A DNA stretch of 64,000 bases, from NCBI GenBank assembly GCA_002269645.1, contig NIVC01001748.1:178787-242786 (forward strand), read 5' to 3'. Positions 34,961 through 50,100 of the stretch are shown in pieces; positions within the stretch are counted from its first letter, which is position 1, and every line of letters starts with the position of its first letter. The notes below the pieces were generated by a model. It searched no databases. It was not told the origin of the DNA and saw only the letters and a program-made list of their open reading frames with translations. Source of the DNA: Macrostomum lignano. Taxonomy: Eukaryota. The translations under genes and the position numbers were made by a program.

Positions 34961-37456
34961 CCGATACTGCACTCACTACTGCACTTATCCAATCACCGAT
35001 ATTGGTGTTTACAATGCTTTTTCATTTCGTTTCAAATGTGATCTTTACTACATAGCATTTCTTTGTGTATTATTACGCATTTTTGTATCTTTTGAATAAT
35101 TTAACATAGCTATTAGAAAATCTACTCGTCGTTCTATTTTTGTTCGTTGCGTATTAGTTTCACTAGAGTACGAGCTAGTATAGAATATTAAAAGATGTGA
35201 CCTCAATTTCTAGCAAAGTGTACGCTTTTCGATAGCAATATTAATATAACATAAATCTACGCCAAAGTTTTCAACCCCAAGTGTATCCTGACTAACACAG
35301 TCTCTTAACGTACACGATTGTTGTCGCATTTCAGACAGAACAAGGAAGTAGGCAGCGCGTTTGGAAGTACATTCAGCATCCTTTTACAGTCCCCGTGGTA
35401 AACAAGTGGCAGCTTTAATCCAACTCAGCCATACGCCCATAACTCCCCCCTCTCTCCTCACCTGCAGCCTAAGCTAGGGACTAATTGTGACACAAACTGC
35501 ATCCACCCACATTTGACACGAGATCCGCACTGAAAGCGTGATGTGAATTGCGTCACTTGGTGCTGAAATCTGAAAATGTTGATCTCTGATTTCTAGTTGG
35601 AAATGTTGCTGCTGAGTGTATCAGCATTAGTTTGGTGTAGCACGGATATATTCACCTATACTATAAAATTATAAATAGGACTTGACGCCGTTACAAAAAC
35701 TGCAGATGGAAATTAGTACATTTTCTGCATTGACGTCATATGGGCACGCGCTTCTACTGTAAATAGCTGTACTGTAACTGCACCGTCTGTCTACCCACCA
35801 TTTTCGCGCACACTGCACTGCCATTTTATTTTTGCTAGCAGAGGCAAATAGCTGTGCACTCGTAATATACGTCGTAGAATAGAAGGCATAGCTCGTATAG
35901 AAGCGGCCCCTCAGAAACGAAAAAATCTATAAAATAGGCGCAGACTAAATAGTGAATATAGTCAAGTTCTACTGTTCTTTCGTAGTACTTAACTAAATAT
36001 GTACATGTACGTAAATGCTGCCTGCTATTGAAGCAGAACGACGTACGTACATGTATGTTATCTGTTATTCTGTACTACTATCAAGTACGCTGTATACATT
36101 GCAGTCATGCAGAATTTGGTGTGAGGTTTCTTTTGAGCTGGACCACTACTATAGGTTATATTCAAATGTTGCCGAGTTATATTGCTGAAAATGAAACTCA
36201 AGCTAAGATGGACAGATCTAAGATCTAAAACATGGTATCCTCAACGTTAGCAAAAACACATGCTATCCTTTAATATAAAACCAAGCATCCGGTATAGACG
36301 ATCAATGCGAGGTTGCCAAGCTCGACTAAACCCACTAAATACTATGATAAATAACGCGTGACCTTTCTTCGTACCCAGTAAATTTAATACGATAAACCTA
36401 CGAATACGATTGATAATTATTGTTTGACTTAATTAGCTGCTCCGGTTCTGACAATTATTCACACGCTTTCAGTTCACTCTCGGCTTGGGCGGTGAAATGG
36501 ATGCTTTCTGTTTATCGCAATGGGAATGGGATGCAATGCAGTTTTGCTACACAACAAAGAAGTAACTGAGCTGTAAGCAACATTGAGAATAGTTCTCAAC
36601 CATGACATGACTATTGCATTACTCATCCAAATAATGCTAGGTTAATTTAACTCATACATTGTTTCACATATAGGCGTGACAAAGTCTTGCATACATACAT
36701 GCGGCTTTGCCATATGTAAAAAAACTACAAAAAGCTGTCAGCTGTTTCTAAGGCCAAGCAGTGCGCTTAATCCGTGTTAGGAAAGTGGAAAGGAAGCAGT
36801 AATGGCCAGTGAGTACACAAGACCCACGACAGCTATTCGTTGTTCCAACCTTATTGGACAGTGAGGCAATGTACAGCAGCACGGGGGACAGGGTGATTCA
36901 GTTTGCTAAATTTAGAGGCGCATACACAGAGATAGATTTCCATGGAACCCTGGGCTGGGTATACAGAGCAATTTAAACCCAATGCAGCTAAGGCCAACGA
37001 CTAAACTAGAGACGAAGCGATCAATAAACCCAGTGTACAACCTAGCTTCACTATCAGCCCCAACACCCCTCAGCGTGTACATCCACTGGAGGAGGAATGT
37101 ACATTTAGAACTTGCATTAAGTATCAGCTGACTCGGGCGGAGCAAGGGACGAAAAATTTTCCAAGCTGCCCTTAGACCCTTACCCCCAGTCCCGGTTCAT
37201 TTAAAATAAGGTCCGCGGCAATCTTCAGAGGCTATCAGTCTGTCAGAGAGCTTTTCTTAGCGTTGGTGGCGGTTACATTATCGCCGCGCTTGTACACTAC
37301 TAGTGGGCTTTCCTGTTTGCGTTTGCTTGTCAGTTTCTTTACTAGTTCCGTCCGCCAACGCCACTCCTTTGCTAAATAATTTAGAGTAGCAGTAGTTACT
37401 ACTTACTTGCTCCTACTCTCACTACTGAGGCAATTTCATTTTTTTCAAAGAAATAA

Positions 37457-37900
<444 letters not shown>

Positions 37901-38799
37901 TGTGACCTGTTGTTGGTTAATCAATTTTCATGGAAAATGGTTTCAGTTTTTTTCTGTTAAAATGACATTGTATGTACTATTTTTCAGAGTTCTTCTCGTT
38001 GATTGTTGATTCAAATGATTGCTTGCTTTAAATTCGCGCCAATAATTTGTTATACTACTTACTTGTTACTAATAGTAACAAAAACAGCAGAAAGAAAGGA
38101 AATATTTGTGTTAATTTGGAAAAGCAATCAAATTTAAACTACTGTATTGTATTGTTAATAACAATATATGGTTTCGTCAATAGTAACTGTTTCTGTATTG
38201 CTTTAAAGTTGTTATTGGCAAGTAATTGATGAATTACCATACTTAACTTAACTATGCTAACATATACTTATAAGAAACTTCCCTGATGAAATGATTTATT
38301 GTAAATGTCAGAATTTGTAAATAAAGTGCAAGCAGACTAATTTTTTCCTCCATGTATTTTTCTTATATCTGCAGAACAGAGTATATAATTAGTAATTATG
38401 CAACTTATTATATTAACTGTGAACAATACCAAAGTATCTATATCTCCTTATTTAAATTTTAATCAGATCTGCTTACACCTTGCGTTTATAGTCTACTGTA
38501 CATTTACATGTACGTTTCCAATGTGTACAAGAAAGAGAATAATTATATTATATAAATGGCAAATGCTTTCTATTCAGCTAATTATAATGTATATCATAAT
38601 ACTTAATACTACTTATATATATCCATCTTGTATAGTAAATTATTCATCTAAGCTGTATAACAATTATTAATGCGTCTGAGAAAGTTTTCCTGCGAGTCTT
38701 TGTTGCACAAAAATAAGAGTTTATTGAACTTTTACTTGGCTTTTTCATTTCGATGAAAACTAAATTTTATCTTTGCTCATGGATACATGCACTTGTTTG

Positions 38800-39115
38800 C
38801 TGGGCCACCCCCCAGCCTCCCAGATGCTCAGTTGCTGGGCAGCCTCCCAGAGTGTCAGTTGCTGGGCTGCCAGCCTCCCAGATCCTCCGTTGCTGGGCCA
38901 GCCTCCCAGGATGCTCAGTTTCTGGGTCAGCCTCCCATATCCCCAGTTGCTAGGCCAGCCTCCCAGATCCTCAGTTGCTGGGCCAGCCTCCCATATCCCC
39001 AGCTGCTAGGCCAGCCTCCCAGATCCTCAGTTGCTGGGCCAGCCTCCCAGATCCCCAGCTGCTAGGCCAGCCTCCCAGATCCTCAGTTGCTGGGCCAGCC
39101 TCCCAGATCCTCGCA
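38800..39115. repeat. 28-bp minisatellite (GCTGGGCCAGCCTCCCAGATCCTCAGTT)n
   Basis: Tandem units, partly alternating as a 56-bp dimer. Confidence 0.92.
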
Positions 39116-39892
39116 GCTATACGAGCCTTTAAAAATCTATAAAAATTAAAAAATATCGCGTCAAAAATAATTAGCAAGACAATATTACTCGAACATTGCG
39201 AACAAAATTTACGTTTTTGGGTTTTTATTTTCACATTGTTGAATTTTTTGGTGCGCAGACAAGAGGGACCAGTTGAATAATTATTAGATAATTCGTGCAT
39301 TAATCCGATTGTACTGTTGAGGAAAAATTATACTTACATAGCTTTATTATATATAGTGGCGATTAACAATAGCACATGTGAATTATATTAATTTATATAC
39401 GCTTGCTTATACTTAAAATGTCTGTGCATTAGTGTGCAGTTGCGTATCATTGTGCTCAATTTAGCAAGTTTATTTGATGAACAGTAGATATCGAGCGTAT
39501 TTAAAATTATTTATTCATCTAATTACTCTTGTACATTTATAATACAATGCGTCTCAATTAGTCTACTTTTAGTAGGCATAAGTCAAAAATAGATGTCAAA
39601 ATTTAAATTGGGACAGAAGTATATATTTTAATTATGGGGCGTCCACAGCCAAAAAGGCTTTGTTAATGGCTGTTAAGAGATTATTTAGAAATCAGGTGGA
39701 CAATAAAACATGCATATTATAGATATTGAAGCTCGTTAAAACAAATACGACATAAATGAGCACAAGTATAGAGTCAAGACTGCCGGGCATTGTTGATACA
39801 CGTTTTCTAAATTTAGATCCAGAAGGTCTGATTCAATAGCAACTTTGGTGGATTAAGACAGATTAGCTTCTGTTTGGAGAAGCAGCCAGGAA

Positions 39893-40595
39893 GGCGCTAG
39901 AAGGGCTCATTGGGGCGCTAGAAGGGCTCATTGGGGCGCTAGAAGGGGACAGGGGGCGCTAGAAGGGCTCATTGGGGCGCTAGAAGGGCTCATTGGGGCG
40001 CTAGAAGGGGACAGGGGGCGCTAGAAGGGCTCATTGGGGCGCTAGAAGGGGACAGGGGGCGCTAGAAGGGCTCATTGGGGCGCTAGAAGGGGACAGGGGG
40101 CGCTAGAAGGGCTCATTGGGGCGCTAGAAGGGGACAGGGGGCGCTAGAAGGGGACAGGGGGCGCTAGAAGGGGAACAGGGGGCGCTAGAAGGGATCAGGG
40201 GGCGCTAGAAGGGGAACAGGGGGGCGCTAGAAGGGATCAGGGGGCTCTAGAAAGGATCAGGGGCGCTAAAAGGGGAACAGGGGGCGCTAGAATGGATCAG
40301 GGGGCGCTAGAAGGGGTCAGGAAGCGCTAGAAGGGGAACAGGGGGCGCTAGAAGGGATCGGGGGGCGCTAGAAGGGATCGGGGGCGCTAGAAGGGATCGG
40401 GGGGCGCTAGAAGGGGTCAGGGGCGCTAGATGGGATCAGAGGGCGCTAGAAGGGATCAGGGGGCGCTAGAAGGGATCAGGGGGCGCTAGAAGGCGAACAG
40501 GGGGCGCTAGAAGGGGTCAGGGGGCGCTAGAATGGATCAGGGGGGCGCTAGAATGGATCAGGGGGCGCTAGAAGGGTCAGGTGGCGCTAGAAGAG
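39893..40595. repeat. 21-22-bp minisatellite (GGGGCGCTAGAAGGG-N6)n
   Basis: Constant GGCGCTAGAAGGG core with variable CTCATT/GACAG/ATCAG linker. Confidence 0.94.
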
Positions 40596-40841
40596 GATAG
40601 GAGAGCGCAGCTCTTGACCAGCCACTCAATATGTGCAGTTAATATGGGGCGAAACTCGCAAAAATTGAAGATTTCACGCAAAAACAAGGGTGCTTTAATT
40701 CCTGTTTAATTCTTATTTAAGACTGCTGAATTAGTTCGATAATGCACAAAAATCGACAGGAAAAACAATAATAAAGAATTATTTAACTTCAAGAAAACTT
40801 TGCAAGCTTGAAACTCTTCAAGTTAAATATTAGCAAATCAG

Positions 40842-41142
40842 TCACTGCTTATCATGATGCTTTCCACCGCCTGAATGCATATCGGAGCCGGCCATTTTTC
40901 CCGCGCTGGCAACGGGCGTCAGGCCGGACATCTCTCTATCCAGCGACTTCACCATCTCACTGAGAATGCTCTGCACCACTGTGAACGCCGACACCATTGC
41001 CGGAGCACCGAACCCGTGAGTGATGAGGCTGAAGTGAGTCAGGTGACGCTGGATGCCGCCGTCCAGTACCGCGTTTGGCCGCGTGTTGCACAATGGGGAG
41101 CGGTCTTTGTTGAGCATGTCCGTGACCTCTTGGAGTAGGCCT
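40842..41142 (-). CDS. TFAP2: AP-2 exon 6 (terminal; HSH helix 2)
   Basis: Acceptor AAAAATCAG|A; [50 protein letters not shown]; TGA at 40842-40844. Confidence 0.95.
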
Positions 41143-44100
41143 CTGATTTTTGTTTTGGGGGGGGGGGCGAACCGTTAGATAAAGTTACATGTGTAACACT
41201 CCCTCAGATTGAATGACGCCCCTCCAATGGAATGGCGCCCCACAAATTGAATGGCGCCCACATAAAATGAATGGCGCTCCCTAAAATGGAATGGCGCCCC
41301 TCAAATTGAATGGCGCCCCTTAAAAGGAATGGCGCCCCCTTAGAGATGAAATGGCGACCCCTTTAAAGGAATGGCGTCCCCTCAAATGGAATAGCGCCCC
41401 CTGAGAGGAGAGACAGGAGGGAGAGGGAGACAGAGAGAGAGGGAGACAGGAGAGAGAGGGAGACAGGAGAAAGAGGGAGACATGAGAGAGAGGCGGAGAC
41501 AGGAGAGAGAGGGAGACAGGAGAGAGAGGGAGACAGGAGAGAGAGGGAGACAGAGAGAGAGGGAGACAGGAGAGAGAGGGAGACAGGAGAGAGAGGGAGA
41601 CAGGAGAGAGAGGGAGACAGGAGAAAGAGGGAGACATGAGAGAGAGGCGGAGACAGGAGAGAGAGGGAGACAGGAGAGAGAGGGAGACAGGAGAGAGAGG
41701 GAGACAGGAGAGGGAGGGAGACAGGAGAGAGAGGGAGACAGAGAGAGAGGGAGACAGGAGAGAGAGGGAGACAGGAGAGAGAGGGAGACAGAGAGAGAGG
41801 GAGACAGGAGAGAGAGGGAGACAGAGACAGAGGGAGACAGGAGAGAGAGGGAGACAGGAGAGAGAGGGAGACAGGAGAGAGAGGGAGACAGAGAGAGAGG
41901 GAGACAGGAGAGAGAGGGAGACAGAGAGAGAGGGAGACAGGAGAGAGAGGGAGACAGGAGAAAGAGGGAGACAGAGAGAGAGGCGGAGACAGGAGAGAGA
42001 GGGAGACAGGAGAGAGAGGGAGAGAGGAGAGAGAGGCGGAGACAGGAGAGAGAGGGAGACAGGAGAAAGAGGGAGACAGGAGAGGGAGACAGGAGAGAGA
42101 GGGCGACACGAGAAGTATTTTGTAGATGAAGTGATTAACAGAATGGATTAGATTGGATTTAAGTTTTAAAAAAGTATATTTTTAGCTTTGACTAGCAATC
42201 TTCGCCCCCCGATGGGGGACATCTGGATAGAATCTCTGTTTTCTACAAGTAACAAAAAGACAGCCAAAAATCCTTCAAAAAGACAACAGACAAACTGCTC
42301 AAATGAAGTGCATTGCAAAAAGAAATCATCCCAAGACTGCAAGCATCCACCAGATAGCAAGCATCCCCAAGATGGCAAGCATCCCCCAGATAGCAAGCAT
42401 CCCCCAGATAGCAAGCATCCACCAGATAGCAAGCATCCCCCAGATAGCAAGCATCCCCCAGATAGCAAGCATCCCCCAGATAGCAAGCATCCCCCAGATA
42501 GCAAGCATCCCCCAGATAGCAAGCATCACCCCAGATTGCAAGCATCCCCAAGATAGCAAGCATCCCCAGATTGCAAGCATCCCCCAGATAGCAAGCATCC
42601 CCCAAGATAGCAAGCATCCCCCAGATAGCAAGCATCCCCCAGATAGCAAGCATCCCCCAGATAGCAAGCATCCCCCAGATTGCAAGCATCCCCAAGATAG
42701 CAAGCATCCCCCAGATAGCAAGCATCCCCGAGATAGATAGCATCCCCAAATAGCAAGCATCCACCAGACAATAAGTAGCTAGTGCGACAATTTCCTTAGC
42801 ATTATAGCGGCTCCTTTAAAATTCGCTTACTTTTACGTTTGAAATTGTGTATCTTTTATGTTTGATACGGTGGCTTTTCAATGTCTGACATAGTGGCTCT
42901 TCTATGTTTGACATGGGGGCTCTTCTATGTTTGACATGGTGGCTCTTTAATGTTTGACATGGTGGCTCTTTTATGTTCGACATGGTGTCTCTTCAATGTT
43001 TGACATGGAGTCATGTATATGTTTGACATGGTGGCTCTTGTATTTTTAACATGTTGGCTCTTTAATGTTCGACATGGTGGCTCTTTAATGTCTAACATGG
43101 AGTCACGTATATGTTTGACATGGAGTCATGTATATGTCTGATATGGTAGCTCTTTAATGTTTTACATGGAGTCACGTATATGTTTGACATGGTGGTTCTT
43201 AAATGTTCGACATGGTGGCTCTTTAATGTGTTACATGGTGGCACTTTCATGTTTGACCTGGTGGCTCTTTAATGTTTGACATAGTGTCTCTTTAATGTTT
43301 GACATGGAGTCATGTATATGTTTGACATGGTAGCTCTTGAATGTTAGACATGGTGGCACTTTCATGTTTGACCTGGTGGCTCTTTAATGTTTGACATGGT
43401 GGCTCCTTAATATTTGACATGGTGGCCCTTTAATATTTGACATGGTGGCCCTTTAATGTTCGACATGGTGGCTCTTCAATGTTCGACATGGTGGCTCTTT
43501 TAGGTTTGAAATGGTGGCTCTTTAATGTTTGACATGGTGGCTTTTTAATGTTCGACATGGTGGCTCTTTTATGTTCGACATGGCGTCATGTATATGTTTG
43601 ACATGGTAGCTCTTGAATGTTCAACATGGAGTCATGTATATGTTGGACATGGTGGCTCTTTAATGTTTGACATGGGGGCTCTTCTATGTTTGACATGGGG
43701 GCTCTTCTATGTTTGACATGGGGGCTCTATTATGTTTGACATGGTGGCTCTTTAATGTTCGAAATGGTGGCTCTTTAATGTTCAAAAAGGTGGCTCTTTT
43801 ATGTTTGACATGGTGGCTCTTTAATGTTTGACATGGTGGCTCTTTAATGTTTCACATGGTGGCTATTCAATGTTAGACAAAGTAGCTCTTTAATGTTTGA
43901 CATGATGGCTCTTTAATGATAGACATGGTGGCTCTTTAATTTTTGACATGGTGACTCTTTAATGTTGGACATGGTGGCTCTTTAATGTTAGAAATGGTGG
44001 CTCTTTAATGTTCGACATAAAGTCACTTATATGTTTGACATGATGGCTCTTTTATGTTTAACATGGTGGCTCTTTAATGTTTGACATGGTAGCTCTTTTA

Positions 44101-47100
44101 TGTTCGACATGGTGGCTCTTTAATGTTCGACATGGTGGCTCTTTTATGTTCGACATGGTGTCGCTTCAATGTTTGACATGGAGTTACGTATATGTTTTAC
44201 ATGGTGGCTCTTTTATGTTCGACGTGGTGGCTCTTTAATGTTTGACATGGGGTCTCTTCAATATTTGACATGGAGTTACGTATATGTTTTACATGGTGGC
44301 TCTTTAATGTTTTACATGGTGGCACTTTCATGTTTGACCTGGTGGCTCTTAAATGTTTGACATGGTGGCTCTTTAATGTTTGACATGGTGTCTCTTTAAC
44401 GTTTGACATGGAGTCATGTATATGTTTGACATGGTGGCTCTTGATTGTTCGACATAGAGTCATGTATATGTTTGCCATGGTGGCTCTTTAATGTTAGACA
44501 TGGTGGCTCTTTTATGTTTTGCATGGTGGCTCTTTTATGTTCGACATGGTGTCTCTTCAATGTTTGACATGGAGTCATGTATATGTTTGACATGGTGGCT
44601 CTTGTATTTTTAATACGTTGGATCTTTAATGTTCGACATGGTGGCTCTTTAATGTCTAACATGGAGTCACGTATATGTTTGACATGGAGTCATGTATATG
44701 TCTGATATGGTAGCTCTTTAATGTTTTACATGGAGTCACCTATATGTTTCACATGGTGGCTATTTTATGTTTGACATGGTGGTTCTTAAATGTTCGACAT
44801 GGTGGCTCTTTAATGTGTTACATGGTGGCACTTTCATGTTTGACCTGGTTGCTCTTTAATGTTTGACATGGTGGCTCTTTAATATTTGACATGGTGGCCC
44901 TTTTATGTTCGACATGGTGGCTCTTTAATGTTTGACATGAAGTCATGTATATGTTTGACCTGGTGGCTCTTTAATGTTTTATATGGTGGCACTTTCATGT
45001 TTGACCTGGTGGCTCTTTAATGTTTGACATGGTGGCTTTTTAATATTTGACATGGTGGCACTTTCATGTTTGACCTGGTGGGTCATTAATGTTTGACATG
45101 GTACCTCTTTTATGTTCGACATGGTGGCTCTTTAATGTTTTACATGGTGGCTCTTTACTGTTTGACATGGTGACTCTTTTATGTTCTACATTGTGGCTCT
45201 TTTATGTTCGACATGGTGGCTCTTTAATGTTTGATAAGGTGGCTCTTTAATGTTTGACATTGTGGCTCTTTAATATTTGACAAGGTGGCTCTTTAATGTT
45301 TAAAATGGTGGCTCTTTAATTTTCGAAATGGTGGCTGTTTTATGTTTGACATGGTGGCTCTTTAATGTTCTTAATGGTGTCTCTTTAATGTTTGCCATTG
45401 TGGCTCTTTAATGTTTGACATGGTGGCTTTTTAATGTTCGACATGGTGGCTCTTTTAGGTTTGAAATGGTGGCTCTTTAATGTTTGACATTGTGGCTCTT
45501 TAATGTTCGACATGGTGGCTCTTTAATGTTTGACATGGTAATTCTTTTATGTTTGATATGGTGGCTCTTTTATGTTCGACATGGTGGCTCTTTAATGTTC
45601 GACATGGTGGCTCTTTTAGGTTTGAAATGGTGGCTCTTTAATGTTTGACATGGCGGCTCTTTAATGTTTGAAATGGTGGCTCTTTAATGTTTGATATGGT
45701 GGCTCTTTTATGTTCGACATGGTGGCTCTTTAATGTTCGACATGGTGGCTCTTTTAGGTTTGAAATGGTGGCTCTTTAATGTTTGACATGGTGGCTCTTT
45801 TAGGTTTGAAATGGTGGCTCTTTAATGTTTAGAATTTTGTGTTTTTTAAGGTGTTTTAATAAAAAAAACATTTTTCACTACTAAGATTCGAACCAAGGTC
45901 GCTACATTAGCATTCCAGTCTGTTTGCATCCGGCTATCTCTTTTCAATTGGAGAACATGACTTGTGGCCCTTATAATTCAATACTTATAGCAAGTCGGTT
46001 AGAGTAAAAAGTTATGACATAATCAATTTCTCAGTCAGCCAGTATCAGTCTGAATTTAAGTTAGCAATATGGTTACGCAATTTAAATGAAGTCTTGTGTG
46101 CATTTCTTCGGCACTGTTTTCAACTGGTTGTGATGCAATCTTTATCACAATCGGAATTCAGCCAGTCAGTTTTTTCTCTAGCATTCTTACAATGCATTTC
46201 AAGTCAAAAATTTTGCTTGACCTTTGCAAAAAAGCATGTTTTTCGAATATTTAATCCCTTTAACATTGAGCAATTTCTTAGCCAAGATGCATGTACCGTC
46301 CCAGGAACATTTCTGATCGAATGGTGCAAGTTTAAAGAAAATCGGTTGAGCCATTTTTTCTGAAATCTATCGCATAGCTAGTTAGTTACAGACATTTCAT
46401 TTTTAGTATATAGGATTTGTAACGTTCTACAGCCCACAACTTATTCGTATCAGCTACTGGAAGTAGCAAATAAAATCTCGTATACTAAAAATGGTTAAAG
46501 GCCTACAAACTTACTTAGCCGCTACAATGGAGCTTTTGCGGTGCTGCATCTCAACTGGGTCCGGGCTGACGCCTCTGTTCAGGTAGTCAGCACAGGCCCT
46601 CGCTGGGAACTCCGTCTCGCACAAGTAGTTGAAGTCGCGGGCAAGGCGGACAGCTTCACCTGTATGTGTGGGGTGATTAATAATTAATGAGCAATTAATG
46701 AGTGTGTTTTGTCTGGCATGAAATGTTTTGGAGAAGTTTAGTTTGGCGCCTAACTATAGTGTCATATGGCGCCTAACTATAGTGTCATATGGCGCCTAAC
46801 TATAGTGTCATATGGCGCCTAACTAGATTGTAATGTGGCGCCACTTAGAGTGTCATATGGCGCCTAACTATAGTGTCATACGGCGCCTAACTATAGTGTC
46901 ATACGGCGCCTAACTATAGTGCCATATGGCGCCTAACTATAGTGTCATATGGCGCCTAACTATAGTGTCATATGGCGCCTAACTATAGTGTCATATGGCG
47001 CCTAACTATAGTGTCATATGGCGCCTAACTATATGACACCATAGTGTCATATGGCGCCTTATTATAATGTCATATGGCGCCACTTAGAGTGTCATATGGC

Positions 47101-50100
47101 GCCTAACTATAGTGTCATATGGCGCCTATTTATAGTGTCATAGCTTCATAGAGTGGAGCTTCAATTAGAGTGTCATATGGCGCCAACTTAGAGTGTCATG
47201 TAGCGCCAACTTAGAGTGTCATATGGCGCCAACTTAGAGTGTCATGTAGCGCCAACTTAGAGTGTCATATGGCGCCAACTTAGAGTGTCATATGGCGCCT
47301 AATTACAGTATCATATAGCGCCAACTTAGAGTGTCATGTAGCACCAACTTAGAGTGTCATGTGGCGCCAACTTAGAGTGTCATGTGGCGCCAACTTAGAG
47401 TGTCATGTGGCGCCAACTTAGAGTGTCATGTAGCGCCAACTTAGAGTGTCATGTAGCACCAACTTAGAGTGTCATGTGGCGCCAACTTAGAGTGTCATGT
47501 GGCGCCAACTTAGAGTGTCATGTGGCGCCAACTTAGAGTGTCATGTGGCGACGTTATATGGCGCCAACTTAGTGTCACGTGGCGCCTAACTATAGTGTCA
47601 TATGGCGCCTTATTATAATGCCATATGGCGCCTAACTAGATCGTCATGTGGCGCCAACTTAGAGTATCATACTCGTATGGCGCCAACTTAGAGTGTCATA
47701 TGGCGCCAACTTAGAGTGTCATGTAGCGCCAACTTAGAGTGTCATGTAGCACCAACTTAGAGTGTCATGTGGCGCCAACTTAGAGTGTCATGTGGCGCCA
47801 ACTTAGAGTGTCATGTGGCGCCAACTTAGAGTGTCATGTAGCGCCAACTTAGAGTGTCATGTAGCACCAACTTAGAGTGTCATGTAGCGCCAACTTAGAG
47901 TGTCATGTGGCGCCAACTTAGAGTGTCATGTGGCGCCAACTTAGAGTGTCATGTGGCGCCAACTTAGAGTGTCATGTAGCGCCAACTTAGAGTGTCATGT
48001 AGCGCCAACTTAGAGTGTCATATGGCGCCAACTTAGAGTGTCATGTGGCGCCAACTTAGAGTGTCATGTGGCGCCAACTTAGAGTGTCATATGGCGCCAA
48101 CTTAGAGTGTCATGTGGCGACGTTATATGGCGCCAACTTAGTGTCACGTGGCGCCTAACTATAGTGTCATATGGCGCCTTATTATAATGCCATATGGCGC
48201 CTAACTAGATCGTCATGTGGCGCCAACTTAGAGTATCATACTCGTATGGCGCCAACTTAGAGTGTCATATGGCGCCAACTTAGAGTGTCATGTAGCGCCA
48301 ACTTAGAGTGTCATGTGGCGCCAACTTAGAGTGTCATGTGGCGCCAACTTAGAGTGTCATGTGGCGCCAACTTAGAGTGTCATGTGGCGCCAACTTAGAG
48401 TGTCATGTGGCGCCAACTTAGAGTGTCATGTAGCGCCAACTTAGAGTGTCATATGGCGCCAACTTAGAGTGTCATGTGGCGCCAACTTAGAGTGTCATGT
48501 GGCGCCAACTTAGAGTGTCATGTAGCGCCAACTTAGAGTGTCATATGGCGCTAAACCAGAGTGTCATACTCATATGGTGCCAACTTAGAGTGTCATGTAG
48601 CGCCAACTTAGAGTGTCATATGGCGCCAAACCAGAGTGTCTTATGACGTCCAAATAAAATCTGGGTTCAATATTGTATGAATCCCTAGTTCATATACATT
48701 CTCTCTGTTAGCCACACAGAACTGAAAACCCAATCCTATATTGTGCACCCTTAGTGAGAATTGTCAGTTTGCGTGCATGGCAACCGCCGCTAGCGCGCCC
48801 ATCAGGTGCCGGCTGAAAAGAAGCTGGGATTCAGAATAGAGAAACTTGATCACTCCGGGAAGACCCTATCAGGATATTTCTAAGGGGATTTCATCTGGTA
48901 GGGGCGAAAATCTGTTATAAAGAATTTCTAACCAAAGATTTTATCCGTAATCAGTTTAGCAAGTTGAAAATCTCTTTATACATCTCTGTATGGAGGCTTA
49001 CTGCTCTGGTTACTAGGGCGGGGGGAAGTGAGCGAAATTCAAGCCGACTCAGAATCCCGCTCTCTTGTTAATTCTTTCTGCTCTCCTCTCCTCGACAGCG
49101 CAACTGTGAGCTCCGGGTAATCCGACACCAGCTGCTGACACGCGGAAGTGAATAAAAGGTTTCATTCGATTCTTTTCCAATATTTTTTTTGGTTTGAACT
49201 GGATTAGTAATGTCTCTTTGAGGACAGCTGGAGGCCTGAAGGGAACGTGAATTTGTCGTATCACTGGTGCATCTAGCATGCTCACGAAAGATTGGGCTTT
49301 TCTTGACTGAAATTGTCTATGGCGAAAACCCTATTCACCGCTATCCGTAATCTGGAACATACTAGACTTGTCCCGAGATCCCATCCCGACTTGTCCCGAG
49401 ATCCCGTCCCGACTTGTCCCGAGATCCCGTCCCGACTTGTCCCGAGATCCCGTCCCGACTTGTCCCGAGATCTCGTCCCGACATGTCCCGAGATCCCGTC
49501 CCGACTTGTCCCGAGATCCCGTCCCGACTTGTCCCGAGATCCCGTCCCGACTTGTCCCGAGATCTCGTCCCGACTTGTCCCGAGATCTCGTCCCGACTTG
49601 ACCCCGAGATCCCGTCCCGACTTGTCCCGAGATCCCGTCCCGACTTGTCCTGAGATCCCGTCCCGACTCCAAAAAGTTTTTTTCCGTCCGAGCGTCAGGA
49701 AACTCAAAGTCCGACATCCATCAGGTTCCCGCACAGACTCACCTTCGACTAGCGAAGTCAGCAAAGTCACGGTGGCCGCCTTCCGCCTTCCAGCCGGCAG
49801 ATTCAGTCCGATTTTGTCCAGCTTGTCTCGCAACGATCGGCCACCGTTTTTACTCTTGGCCCGTCGCAGAACCCCGCCTAGCAGAGAGGCGTTGAGGCAC
49901 TCTGGTGGACTCAGGCGACGTTGGATTTCCGCCACTGTCACTTTGTACTTTGAGGTGCTGGACAGGAGGCTGAGACGACCAGGCACGGAGCAGAACAGAT
50001 CCGATGGGGCGCCGAGTCCCGCTCCCAGTAGGATGTCTTTGGCAGCGGCAGCTGCGGCAGCTGCGGCGGCTGCTGCGGTGGCTGAATCGGTTGATGACTT

